A stretch of 52,071 nt of DNA from a virus (lineage: Duplodnaviria > Caudoviricetes): IMG/VR virus record IMGVR_UViG_3300030329_003799, positions 1 to 52,071 of that record. One strand, given 5' to 3'. The translations under genes were made by a program, and so were the position numbers. The notes under the pieces are model-generated. The model saw only the letters and a program-made list of their open reading frames with translations. It was not told where the DNA came from and ran no database searches. Of this stretch, positions 27,401-36,273 are shown piece after piece. Each line of letters begins with the position of its first letter. Within the stretch, counting starts at the first letter, position 1.

Positions 27401-28061
27401 TGACCCTCTTCAAATGTATGTTAGAGAAACATATGAAGGAATAGGATGTTTAGGGAAAGAATCAGTTATTGTTTCTGAAACAGGAATGTTTTGGTTTGAT
27501 ACAACAAACGTATATTTATTACCTAGAACTGGAGGAATAGATTATGTTGGAAATAAAATTTTAACAAGTGAACATGGTATAGGATGGCAAGAAATATCTC
27601 CTGATGTTCCTTTTCAGGCTATTTTTGATTCAAAAAGAAAAGCTTTTGGAATGATGCAATTATACAGACCAACACAATTCTTTACTAATGAACAACTTGA
27701 AAATGAAGAAGTGTCAAGATCTGGTCAAAACAGTTTAGATATATTAAATATTTTAAATAAAAAATTATCTATGAAACTTAATACACAATTTCCTAAAGCA
27801 AAAGAAGAGGCATTGAGTACTTATATTTATAACAACAAACAATTGAGTTTGATAAGAAGATTAGAATCTAGTATATTATCATCAAAATCTCCTAAAAGAA
27901 TTAAAGAAGGAAGATTAAATAATTGGTTAAGTCAAAACAATAGACTTATTAAAGAATTAGGCACTTTTTTTACTTATAATTTGCCTCCAAAATTAATAAT
28001 TTTAGCTACAATAGTTATACTTAAACAATCAATAAGAAATAGGACTTATGGCACTCAGTAA
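21447..28061 (+). CDS. Giant tail protein (2204 aa) containing the central nozzle/stabilisation region and an FN3-like segment
   Basis: YTGLQTGVSYFAR (FN3-like); YRLSFTYDGYQESPL, LFRSQPGNF, GIGCLGKESV...GMFWFD propeller-type motifs near the C-terminus. Confidence 0.7.
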   Translation: MSTYGIPDIFSQMLSGGCVTAIRSNTTTTSFYSPGANRWFQFCFKTNSDVNDNSGTWDSDTQGWYLISTRTPEIQDSWEECLIYGVSDVNSGLERKVSFMASQGLRPSLDHALGSIFEHFNVHGDSLLDTWEVDPTGHTPVYVTPNDYNGWNAFAHPVQYHHLIDPEWNEVSLTLHIAHWNPIYIAYSKWSYNIQENSFTQMKPNNFGIDGAATNAFYNLGISNQDSDLIESLADLQTAGAAVGNLLNVHNTIPNHPWHQWVASNNFNYQYGLANPLFPNMIYWDGSDWTGSADHIMGMVHNRYSWVKLFVINQQAKIAYNDAWMEDHTDSDFSRMHHGRAWMFQEPDGSWTPPPYTWYAELEAAHSGENNDFTDGGRRSRDFVSCEVPAMIPSMNPNADMLLNVYADHGSNPSEKYFYWNKTALNVDIGSNFEPSFNDSPMEEAFSYPVEYKGGFGGELQIIPDRDNSRRIAFYFGNLWDINREKMHYIVNWAVLDNNFDPSWKVQNIEVDPVIGFITNSIDFTNGDPSSLPLQPWTKMVVNSWAGTINFLYMRDGGLVYKKKLALKDIPSLGESTNLNEIIGPEEYLFSALNQLPGTTLAWFQSQDLTSGMTGRHLLTGETTDSNSLIVHAFDVDFVPGFGDIVDFNIKELRTNLIIVDFSIHQDDIEHIKSFRFKKSETEILSADFDDGLDGYDEVLIENLDYKEDGELRRYEYKYTGLQTGVSYFARCKPILLSELASTNMSNQIQILLPERSKSVSSLQHTVPMNDANGALYVGTGPDILDKPLFIGRLTHTQFGTNLNSIVIDDSECKSPSGEASITTFTNMVPLNGNLNGQLSSYILGYVTGATTLFLIHKDSGTTLKTNQLGITVECACNCLTISGGVWVFEKASSEVHLITIDPGNINTTSITHSYPVNYEPKWAKYGNVDDNYTDRANMIGDTDLVPDLGSPGDYRTDLYGSDDSTLSIANIVEVGSASDAQLYLLADTSSMEYTAVPAGFTCIIRANTSESALGAPLLEWEDAMLPWNPSIQESEYIGQAYTREEWDGTCPENGIKVEYIGKIWDDETNAFIDNPAGTAIDRPIDSPTSNRPYEICVFSRNHGPHRDAGSRGGMTPIKNTMSIVSNSDKTIGFYAYIEDTYYRHLVTNEWIRNTGSFSFDHIFNCYDAYPDVNSYQNDQATSISGLVYVVIGPSSPGWANYFSWDSNNNLIENEFNGIKEDNYRYSNGDFECLHNTDGQIHKSEYLPSDIGLINNSTRTLSGSVGIGTNILSVKESDSTNTNLIAEEIIDYSKTPWTTGPYANLGNTGYTMFSPMRLANIASTSSPSTGDYIYGRIEIEFSASAHTFWFEGGTNPAMSGYETDTILTKTTISGTYSGPASDKAFSVFCSPLRNTAFHVTGIKTPFLRGDTNLHNKFTIRFWSPKNFDDVDTVANHDTSTTLDAAHCELYEGTYSFADGEMYDYNANAATTTALLPSDSGDLPDPRIAEGQKMNSYWGQAGLTSGDIQFTNTLMVNRHHRVDDSAGTAGVLGAPTGEQVVNTIVKAYDNAKAGGRAHPFITLKAKGTVDATDKRTLVIGFTYPQDENVLCEYDHTGPNATEEKNVGGSIARSVIPQTTDDHAAEGLGPATAEISQYITSTINESPESYKSVNTAVYKDAIVAASSNDDGSTYVDGGMESSSDEEYRLMSRTGTITFGKLLTKQNHQQASAWGSGAEKMAYQSYSLDIGSTLITAPGSLIIVGHQLGTYHEGRCVGWSDKDNQEDACVVGDEDHPNTSFVRTGSAKFEPKKKYFYRLSFTYDGYQESPLGATVWTHDMNLITDTAAQSSGYDSLKITLKLRDVSKRVTHVTLWRKDDTEEALYRSVQQVSLATGWINTGESRMKTITDDGREGPSYEALTGLSSTMLSSSLHYSLATVSNNMMFVGKSTIKETGEHYPNMLFRSQPGNFSIFNWINDYCKLPNIPNAIASMNNVLYAWDDSRMFIIDPLQMYVRETYEGIGCLGKESVIVSETGMFWFDTTNVYLLPRTGGIDYVGNKILTSEHGIGWQEISPDVPFQAIFDSKRKAFGMMQLYRPTQFFTNEQLENEEVSRSGQNSLDILNILNKKLSMKLNTQFPKAKEEALSTYIYNNKQLSLIRRLESSILSSKSPKRIKEGRLNNWLSQNNRLIKELGTFFTYNLPPKLIILATIVILKQSIRNRTYGTQ

Positions 28062-31000
28062 AAAGAAAAAAAGAACTAGCAGACAAGTATCTCATATTAA
28101 TGATATCCAGAATTTTACTGCACAAACAGGAGCAATTCAAGGAGAGATAAGGTTTGGGTTTGACATTCCAGACAATTGGTATCCAGGAGGTATTAAGTTT
28201 CATCATTATACTGAAGAAACTCTTCAATATTATTATGACAGTGCTAGGTCAATGGGTGGCAGTGAAACAGGTCTATTTAATTGGTTTCAACCAAATCAAC
28301 CCTATACTAATGCTGATTTATATTTTATTAATAATGGTATTATGATGACGCTTCCAGCAATGAATATAACATCTGAAGATATTCCAGCTATTGAACTTAC
28401 GCCAGGGCATGATATGGAGGGTTCTTATGGTTGGAATCTTAATTATGAAACTATGCGTTCATTGTTAGAAACAGATGCTTGTGCAGACATATGGCATGGA
28501 GATAGGATGAACAGTGGAGTCTATCAGTTCAGTCGTTCAAGGATAGGAAGTCCTTATCCTATTATATCATGGTTAGGAGGGATATTTGAAGATAATGATA
28601 ATCTTACTGACGTAAATGAACATTATGAACCTTCTGCCGATTTTGGATGGCAATTTGCTCCAGAAGTTACATCACCAATTAACATACATAAATGTGTAAT
28701 AGCTCCTTTAACACCAGAAATTGAAGCATTGGGTGCTCCTATTTGGAATACTGATATAGAAGAAGAGATAGGTTGGACTGAATTTAAAAATCAAGAGTTA
28801 AATGAATTTAATATAGGAGAATTTACAGGTTCAGGAACTAATGGACGATGTCGCCCCTTACAAAGCGAAATATGCACTCCAAGAGAAGCCGCAGAAGCAA
28901 TAGCAGCAGCTAATTGGGATTATAATCCTGGGAATAATGAAGATTTTGAAACTCCTATACTTGATGGCTATGTAGTAATAACTGGTTGTAGGTGGGTTCC
29001 TTCAATAGAAGCTAACAATCCTGATCAAACAGTAGGCAAATATGTTTTTGACCCTTCTGATGCACAATTAGCGGTTCCTAATAATGGATTTACTAATGCT
29101 AATATCGACCCTTGTGGAGAACGTAGAGGAGTTGGCATTGTAAGTTATGTAAGACGTGATGGGCCATTTTATGAAGGCCCTGAAAGAACAGACTATATGA
29201 TGAATCCTTGTTTTAATCCTCAATATGGAACTCCTGAAAGTGTTGGGATAACACATGAATTTAAGCAAGGCGGATTTATAGTAGTAGCACGTCCTTATTC
29301 TCCTACAAACGAAGTAGCACTTGATAGTTCTTTAGATCTCTCAGGAGATGTGCCAGAACCTAGCAATGCAATGTTAACTCGTTTTGCAGATAGAAATTAC
29401 GACTCAACAAATTATTGGTCTACTTTTATTTACCCATCTGATGATGAATGGGCTAATGGCAGAATAGAAAGACTAGCAACACCAGGAGAAGGTACTTGGT
29501 ATTTTATGGTTTTTTATTCAACTGGACATCAGGTGTTTTCTGATGAGCCTCATATTTCAGGTACTACTAGTTGTGCAAATCAACAAAATCAAGGAGATAA
29601 TAATGATATAGCAACTTATGGAGGTTTTGGTCCTTTAAGTTCACAGGCGGAATCTATGGGACAACCCTATCTTAATCCTAACTTCCCAATATCAGAGCCT
29701 TTAAGTGCCGCTTTATCAAATCCATGGGAAGATGTTTTGTTACCTATGCATCCTAATAGAAGTGCAATGGTAAATTTTAGACCAGTATTAACTGGTATAA
29801 ATGATAACTTTGCACCTCAAGATGGTATTTTTAGAAGTGAAGTACAATGTAATCTTCATTTAAAACATTATTTAGAATACTACGAACAAACAAGTTCTGA
29901 CGGAAATCAAACTTGGAATATGACAACACTACTTGGAGGGCATTATGGCGATGCTCAAGATATTAATGATGCACTTGGGACAAATTACGATGGAACTGAA
30001 GGTTCTTTGGCAGTAACAACTATTGAACATTATCCTAAATGGAATGGAGCTAAATTAAGAAGTTTAGGAACTGTTACGTTTGCAGAATGGGCAGAAGGAA
30101 GATCATATGCTTCTTCAACGGCTTCAACTGATACTGATGAGTTTCGTTTTAGTATGTGTACAAGTCCTTTTTTAAGAAGGAAGTGGGATAGTTCTTATCA
30201 AACAGATTGGTTTAGAAGCCATAATCAAGGTCAAACAATGCCAGAGTTGATTAAAGAATTATATGATAATAATCATTTAAATAATTTAACAGAAGCTTTT
30301 TTAAATCAACTACATACTTCAATGGGAATAGCAGCTTATGGTTATGGAGATGGAGGAGACCAAAATTATTACAGTTACATTGCGACAATTTATACTTACT
30401 TAACAAACTTTCAATTTAGTACTGCTTGGGATGGAGGTATTCCAAATTTTAATCCTGAAACAGGAGGTTATCCTAGTGGACAAGCTAGAATATCTCAATA
30501 TTATTTAAGACTAGATAATGAATTAGTATTTACATTTGACAGTCAAAGTGTTCCTGATGATTTTATATGTAGAATAATTAACATAACAGAAAGTGGTAAT
30601 TTTACAGAAGTAGCAGATGAAAACGAAGCTCCTGTTTATAACGATTACTTGAAATCAGATTTAATAGATGCTCCATGGTGGGATTTCTTTGGAACATTGA
30701 CATCAAAAGGTATTACAAATGCAAATAGTTTAGATGCAGCAACATTAAAAAGTTATAAAAGATTAGTGCATCCTATAGATACTACTTTTGAGCAAGATGG
30801 AGATTATGAATATTTAGTTTTATGTGGAAGATACAATCCTAGTGCTCCTGTAATTGAAAGTATCACTCCAACTCCATATCAAGGAGGTGGTTATGGAATG
30901 AGGCTTTTTACTGAAACATTTACAAATCAAAATGAATATTCAACACAAAGTACTGAAGAATCTATTATAATAACTGTTAACAACAAAGGGCCTGATTTTT

Positions 31001-32664
31001 CTTTAAATCCTGTTGAGAGTGCAAATCCAGCAGAAGCCACAGGTCAAAGAAGATTAACTAGTTCTTTTACTTCTGATATCCCGATATTGTATACTAACAA
31101 TACAAGCCAAGGTGATTTAGATTTACTTCAAACAACAGGTCCACATGAAGTAGATAATTTTGAGCATGATCTTTATTCATGGGCAGGTTTAAGCTCAACT
31201 GGAGAAGGATATGAATCTTACGATAATATAGCTGTAGCAGGAATCCTAGACTGGGCTGGGAATTATATATCCTCGTTTTCTACTTGGGATTTTGTTTGGC
31301 CATCAGGAAACGGATCAGTGCAAGGAAATATTAACAGGCTATTTCCTTTTGGGCAAGAATACACAATTGATACTTTAGGGATATTAAATTGGGCTTTTCC
31401 TGGGCCAGATGGTTGGGAATATTCAGCAGCTTCAAGTGGCGAATTTCCTAACCAACAATGTATTATTGCTGGTTTTTCAACTTGGCCTGTTCTTCAAAAG
31501 TACTTATTAGCTAACGGTATGTCTTTTGCTGCAGATAATATTTATACTGCAATGGACAATGGATACTGGTCTTATGACTATGCTTATAATCATACTTCAT
31601 TAGGAGATAGATGGCTTTTAGAAAAACAAGCTGATGATAATTATGAAGTAACTGAAGCAGATATATATATGTCTCAAAAATATAATTCAATAAGTAGAGT
31701 AGGTTTTCATGTAATGGAAGAACATATGCCTACCGCTACAGATATTGATGCATGGGATGGGCAGTATGTAGAAAAAATAATTACATTAGCCCCAGTTAAT
31801 GGAGGTAATATATCTACCTATGTTATAAAAGGAGATCCATGGTTTTTGGGAGTTTTTGACACTTTAAGTGGTGAAATAGATAATCATAGTCAACTTAAAT
31901 TTAAAGTTGATTATGGGTGTCTTGCATATGAAAAAGATTGTGTTTTTCCATTTGGAGGCTGGGAACATCCTTCTCAATTAAACCCAACTAGCCCTGTAAT
32001 TGCACATGTTTGTGTAGGTCGTAAAACTACTAAACCTGAACGTATGTCTTCTCCTGCATATTTTACTCCTTTTTCTGAATCTAATTGTGATATAAATCCA
32101 GAATATACTTATGTAGAACCTGATCCTATTGAAATAGAAGATTTTACTGGAGTTAGTAAAAACATTTATTGGTATAGTCCTTTATCTAAAAGATGGGACA
32201 TAGAAAGTGTTCCTAAAATTAGCGCTACTGATAATAATGAAAATATTTTAAATACATTTATGGGTAAAAAAGGTGAAATATTTATAGGCAAAGATGCAGT
32301 ACTAAGTAATGTTTTTCCATTATTAGAAGCAGAAGCTTCAGATTCTTATAAATCTTTTTCTTGGGTATCAAAGAGGATTAATATGAGAGCAGCCTCTCAA
32401 AAGAAAATGTTTTATAAAGTAAGATTAGTAAAATTAAAATCATCTGGAAAGATTACAGTATTTATAAGAACTGATAATTCTTCTTCTTATACTACATTAG
32501 GAGTTACATCAGATATAAGCACAGATTTTAAAATACCAAAATCTTTAAGAAGAGGTAGATGGATTCAAGTTATGGTTGTTAGCGGTGGAGATGAAAGTGA
32601 TAACTTATACCCTGCTACTATATCTTCTTTAACAATAATATGGAGACAGAAGCCAATTAAATGA
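28048..32664 (+). CDS. Giant tail protein (1538 aa) ending in a nozzle-type C-terminal domain
   Basis: Acidic aromatic-rich body; terminal YWYS..SKRWD...WVSKRI......KMFYKV...GRWIQV...ISSLTIIWR. Confidence 0.7.
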   Translation: MALSKKKKRTSRQVSHINDIQNFTAQTGAIQGEIRFGFDIPDNWYPGGIKFHHYTEETLQYYYDSARSMGGSETGLFNWFQPNQPYTNADLYFINNGIMMTLPAMNITSEDIPAIELTPGHDMEGSYGWNLNYETMRSLLETDACADIWHGDRMNSGVYQFSRSRIGSPYPIISWLGGIFEDNDNLTDVNEHYEPSADFGWQFAPEVTSPINIHKCVIAPLTPEIEALGAPIWNTDIEEEIGWTEFKNQELNEFNIGEFTGSGTNGRCRPLQSEICTPREAAEAIAAANWDYNPGNNEDFETPILDGYVVITGCRWVPSIEANNPDQTVGKYVFDPSDAQLAVPNNGFTNANIDPCGERRGVGIVSYVRRDGPFYEGPERTDYMMNPCFNPQYGTPESVGITHEFKQGGFIVVARPYSPTNEVALDSSLDLSGDVPEPSNAMLTRFADRNYDSTNYWSTFIYPSDDEWANGRIERLATPGEGTWYFMVFYSTGHQVFSDEPHISGTTSCANQQNQGDNNDIATYGGFGPLSSQAESMGQPYLNPNFPISEPLSAALSNPWEDVLLPMHPNRSAMVNFRPVLTGINDNFAPQDGIFRSEVQCNLHLKHYLEYYEQTSSDGNQTWNMTTLLGGHYGDAQDINDALGTNYDGTEGSLAVTTIEHYPKWNGAKLRSLGTVTFAEWAEGRSYASSTASTDTDEFRFSMCTSPFLRRKWDSSYQTDWFRSHNQGQTMPELIKELYDNNHLNNLTEAFLNQLHTSMGIAAYGYGDGGDQNYYSYIATIYTYLTNFQFSTAWDGGIPNFNPETGGYPSGQARISQYYLRLDNELVFTFDSQSVPDDFICRIINITESGNFTEVADENEAPVYNDYLKSDLIDAPWWDFFGTLTSKGITNANSLDAATLKSYKRLVHPIDTTFEQDGDYEYLVLCGRYNPSAPVIESITPTPYQGGGYGMRLFTETFTNQNEYSTQSTEESIIITVNNKGPDFSLNPVESANPAEATGQRRLTSSFTSDIPILYTNNTSQGDLDLLQTTGPHEVDNFEHDLYSWAGLSSTGEGYESYDNIAVAGILDWAGNYISSFSTWDFVWPSGNGSVQGNINRLFPFGQEYTIDTLGILNWAFPGPDGWEYSAASSGEFPNQQCIIAGFSTWPVLQKYLLANGMSFAADNIYTAMDNGYWSYDYAYNHTSLGDRWLLEKQADDNYEVTEADIYMSQKYNSISRVGFHVMEEHMPTATDIDAWDGQYVEKIITLAPVNGGNISTYVIKGDPWFLGVFDTLSGEIDNHSQLKFKVDYGCLAYEKDCVFPFGGWEHPSQLNPTSPVIAHVCVGRKTTKPERMSSPAYFTPFSESNCDINPEYTYVEPDPIEIEDFTGVSKNIYWYSPLSKRWDIESVPKISATDNNENILNTFMGKKGEIFIGKDAVLSNVFPLLEAEASDSYKSFSWVSKRINMRAASQKKMFYKVRLVKLKSSGKITVFIRTDNSSSYTTLGVTSDISTDFKIPKSLRRGRWIQVMVVSGGDESDNLYPATISSLTIIWRQKPIK

Positions 32665-33062
32665 TAGGTAATTTTCAAAGAATAATGAGGCTTATGTTAA
32701 CTAAGCAAAGAAAAGGAGACCCTGAGTCTTCTGGTATAGAATCTCAGAAAGAACAAGAAGATAGTGTTCTAATAGAAAAACTATCAAAAGAAAATGATAG
32801 AGAAATTGATATACTAAAACAAGAAAACAATTCATTAAAAGAAGAAGTTTTAAAATTAAAGCGTACAAAATTATCTTTTAATGTAAAAGTAGTTGGAAAA
32901 GAACTATATGTTAAGGATAATGAAAACAAAGTATGGTATAAAGTTTCAGCAGATTTAATTAAAAAAGATTTAGACAGAAGTAAGATATCTTTAATAGAAA
33001 AGGATAGAGAAGATCAAGATGATAAGGATGCATTAAGAAAATCTTTTCTATCAGCTAAATAA
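32661..33062 (+). CDS. Hypothetical tail-associated protein
   Basis: ATGA coupling; coiled coil then LYVK....WY hairpin. Confidence 0.6.
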   Translation: MIGNFQRIMRLMLTKQRKGDPESSGIESQKEQEDSVLIEKLSKENDREIDILKQENNSLKEEVLKLKRTKLSFNVKVVGKELYVKDNENKVWYKVSADLIKKDLDRSKISLIEKDREDQDDKDALRKSFLSAK

Positions 33063-33067
33063 AATAC

Positions 33068-33096
33068 TTGTTTTATTAACGATAAATACTTATAAT
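33068..33096 (+). promoter_or_regulatory. Sigma70-type promoter for the ejection/RNAP cassette
   Basis: TTGTTT-17 nt-TATAAT in the only intergenic gap of the region; GAGG SD follows. Confidence 0.65.
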
Positions 33097-33121
33097 ATAA
33101 ACGAATAATAGTGAGGTTTTT

Positions 33122-33502
33122 ATGGGGTTAAAGCTACTCAAAGGATATGTTAAAGAAAGATACGGCCATGAGGTCGCAGAAGTACCAGGTGGATATGCTG
33201 TTTATGGTAAACAGTTAGTTAATAATAAGCCAGTTCTTTTTATACAAGATTTCTATGTAGAGCCTTCTGAAAGAGGCTTGACTACAAAGTCATCACCAAG
33301 GCAATTATTTAATTTACTTAAAAATGTCGTAAAGAAAGATAAATTGCATGGTATAATGGCTACTGTACAATTAGATAGTTTAAATGGCAATGACGTTTTA
33401 AAGTTGTTTTTGTATTTAGGTTTTAAGGCTGTAAGAGGTGAGAATACAAGTATATTACTCACTTATGAAACAGACAAAATAAAGGAGAATAATGGGAGCT
33501 AG
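33122..33502 (+). CDS. GNAT-fold acetyltransferase-like protein
   Basis: FIQDFYVEPSERG and LGFK motifs; such genes commonly precede podovirus ejection genes. Confidence 0.65.
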   Translation: MGLKLLKGYVKERYGHEVAEVPGGYAVYGKQLVNNKPVLFIQDFYVEPSERGLTTKSSPRQLFNLLKNVVKKDKLHGIMATVQLDSLNGNDVLKLFLYLGFKAVRGENTSILLTYETDKIKENNGS

Positions 33503-34055
33503 TTCGACAGACCCAAATCTAGTAAGAAGTACAATGCTAAGAGATATGCCTATTGAGCAATTCGAAGAGCTTATGTCTACTGCTCAATCTCGTTCTGCTG
33601 AAATGTGGGAACAAAGCAGAGCTGCTATGGATCCTGATAGTGAAATGAACCAAAGAATGAAAGAAAACATTATGGGTCAACAGCAAGATTTAATGGCTAC
33701 TCAGCAACGTATGGCTATGGCTAATGCTGCTAGAGGTGGTATGGCAGGTTCTGGTATAGCCGCTGCTCAACAAGCACAAATGGGATTACAGGGACAACAA
33801 CAGGGACTAATGGCTGTTCAACAAGGATTAGACCAACAACAAAGACAAGGGATGGGTTTACTCCAAGCATCTCAAGGATTTGCTGGACAAGCTATGCAAG
33901 CTGGAGGAACTATGGGTCAAATGATAGGTGGAGCAAATCAAGCTGCTGTAAATACTATGCTACAAAACACTGCTAATAAAAATGCCTTTGGTCAAACCTT
34001 AGGTATGATTGCAGGTGGTGGTTTTTCAGGTCTATTTAGTGGTTTATCTAGGTAA
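33492..34055 (+). CDS. Probable ejection/DNA pilot protein
   Basis: Q/M/A/G-rich helical sequence, AARGGMAGSG motif, glycine-rich hydrophobic C-terminus. Confidence 0.65.
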   Translation: MGASSTDPNLVRSTMLRDMPIEQFEELMSTAQSRSAEMWEQSRAAMDPDSEMNQRMKENIMGQQQDLMATQQRMAMANAARGGMAGSGIAAAQQAQMGLQGQQQGLMAVQQGLDQQQRQGMGLLQASQGFAGQAMQAGGTMGQMIGGANQAAVNTMLQNTANKNAFGQTLGMIAGGGFSGLFSGLSR

Positions 34056-34064
34056 GGGGTTATA

Positions 34065-34853
34065 ATGGGAGCAGAAGCTAAATCAGCAAATATAAACACG
34101 TCAAACTATCATTCTCAACCAGGTTCTTTGATTAAGAAAGAAAGTAAGTTTAACGAAACGATAAACAAAGTAGGCTCTATAATGCCTAGTTATGATGAAC
34201 TTAAAAAGGCAACCCCTGAAGATGCAGTATATACTAGAGTTGGTGGTCCAAAACAAGAAAATTTGCAAGTTAATGGTAAAGGTTCCAATTTCAATACACA
34301 AGTTAACAGTGAAGGTAAAAAGAATTGGTGGACTGGAGAGGGTTTCAGTACTGACCACTGGTTATCTCAAGCTAGTGCACATGACCCTAATGCTATAGGA
34401 GCAGGCACTATACTTGGAGGAAAAAAAGGAGGAGGTATTGGAGGAATGATAGGCGCTTCAATTAGAGCGTTTGGTTCTAACTTTACTGGAGCAGACCCTT
34501 CCTTCTTTAGCGAATCATCTGCTTTTGACAATGTTCAGCAGAAACAAGAAAATTATGAATCAGCCCAAACTATTACAGCTGATGTAGAACTTCCTGGTAG
34601 TGATGGTAACCCATTATATCCTGTTCAAAAAAGCGAAAAATATAAGCAAAGTTTTAGGGATTCTTTTGCAGAGAACAGAGAGCTTAGAAATAGGACTTTT
34701 AAATGGATAGGGGAAGATGATATTGAAAGAGAGTATTCAACTCAGCTTAAAGGTGAAACTGATGATGATTGGCTTAATTTCTTAGAAAATACTATGGAAG
34801 GCGAAGCGGCTTCTGATATAATAACAAATAATAGCGATACTGCGTTTACTTAA
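34065..34853 (+). CDS. Probable internal virion protein
   Basis: Position; glycine-zipper-like segment. Confidence 0.55.
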   Translation: MGAEAKSANINTSNYHSQPGSLIKKESKFNETINKVGSIMPSYDELKKATPEDAVYTRVGGPKQENLQVNGKGSNFNTQVNSEGKKNWWTGEGFSTDHWLSQASAHDPNAIGAGTILGGKKGGGIGGMIGASIRAFGSNFTGADPSFFSESSAFDNVQQKQENYESAQTITADVELPGSDGNPLYPVQKSEKYKQSFRDSFAENRELRNRTFKWIGEDDIEREYSTQLKGETDDDWLNFLENTMEGEAASDIITNNSDTAFT

Positions 34854-34861
34854 GGAGATAT

Positions 34862-36271
34862 ATGGCACATCCATTTTACGGAGATTACAAACAACCTAAT
34901 TATAATGTCAATAAAGATTTAAATTCATATATTAGACAAGCTGCACAAATATCTTCAAATGAAAGAATAGTTAGAAAACAGCAAGAAGCTGCTAAAGATA
35001 GATTAGAGACTCAAATTGAATCTAATGAAAAAATGTTTAATAGGACTGAAGATAGACTAGATACTCAATTAGCAGATTATATGCAAACTAGTGCCGTAAA
35101 CAGACAAGTTAGTTTAGACGCAAATACTAGAGCAAATGAACTTCACCCTTATACAAAAGAATCTCAAAAGCTTAAAAACGAATTAGCTAAAAGAACTATG
35201 GATTGGAATGTTATGCGTTCTGAGTATGAAGCTAAGGGTTTAAAAAGAGTAGAAGAAGATAATATAGCTGACGACAATTTAAATCAATTCATAGGCTCAG
35301 AACTTGCTAACTTTGCTCCAGCTTATGAGCAAGGTTTAGGAGAATATATTACAAATGCAGACGGTACTGAATCTTTCGTTTTAAATAAAGATTTAGGTAA
35401 AAATTTAACACCTTATAATGATATTCAAATAGAAGATAAATATAATAAATTTATATCTAATTACGATGGTGTCGATAAAAATATATCACTAGAAGAATTT
35501 AGACAAGCTTGGACTCAATTAGAAGGAAATTCTCAATTTGATTTTAATACAAAACTAGGTTTTGATTTAGCAGATTGGGGTAATAGAGTCCATGGAATTC
35601 AAAATGACACTCAAAAAGTTTTAGAATTATTTAGGAAAGAATATGGTGATCAGCCTGGTTTTGATGAATTGTGGGTAAACCAAACAATAAACAACCCTAA
35701 TGCAGTACCTGCAACTGGCGATTTTGATTCAGATGTTAGTTATGGAGATTGGTCAATAAGCAAAGAGGGTATGAAAGCTCAAGACTATTTAGACCAAGCT
35801 AGTGATAATTTTTCAGCTTGGGGAGTTAATAGGGATTTACAATGGGATTTAGAAGACACATTTAATGTTTTTGACAAAACAGATAAAAATAAAGTATCTA
35901 AAGCTATAAAAGATTTTGCTTACGATTTAAAAACTACTAGTGAGGATGATTTAGATAATGTTAAGGTTAACGCTTTTGTAGATGATAATGGTAATGAATT
36001 ATTTGAATTTTGGGAAGATGATTTTACTTTAGGGCCATGGTCTGATCAAGAAAGAGGCACTAGGGGTATAAGAAAAAGATTCTCAGGTAACGATAGATGG
36101 ATTGGAAGATTAGGAGATGATGGTAGGATTTATTGGCAAGAATCCAATAAAGATTACTGGAGAGATGACGTAACTGTATATGATGGTAAAAACATGCTTA
36201 AACAAACAGAAGGATTCAGAGGTGGTGACGCCACAGATATGCCTGATGGTTGGGCTCAAAGAGGAGATTAA
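34862..36271 (+). CDS. Probable internal virion protein
   Basis: AAGGAG SD; coiled-coil N-terminus, acidic C-terminus. Confidence 0.6.
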   Translation: MAHPFYGDYKQPNYNVNKDLNSYIRQAAQISSNERIVRKQQEAAKDRLETQIESNEKMFNRTEDRLDTQLADYMQTSAVNRQVSLDANTRANELHPYTKESQKLKNELAKRTMDWNVMRSEYEAKGLKRVEEDNIADDNLNQFIGSELANFAPAYEQGLGEYITNADGTESFVLNKDLGKNLTPYNDIQIEDKYNKFISNYDGVDKNISLEEFRQAWTQLEGNSQFDFNTKLGFDLADWGNRVHGIQNDTQKVLELFRKEYGDQPGFDELWVNQTINNPNAVPATGDFDSDVSYGDWSISKEGMKAQDYLDQASDNFSAWGVNRDLQWDLEDTFNVFDKTDKNKVSKAIKDFAYDLKTTSEDDLDNVKVNAFVDDNGNELFEFWEDDFTLGPWSDQERGTRGIRKRFSGNDRWIGRLGDDGRIYWQESNKDYWRDDVTVYDGKNMLKQTEGFRGGDATDMPDGWAQRGD

Positions 36272-36273
36272 TA

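Noticed and set aside
27660-28060. Intron or intein explaining the nozzle break
   Set aside because: No group I/II core, homing endonuclease or intein splice motifs seen; the downstream ORF has its own SD.
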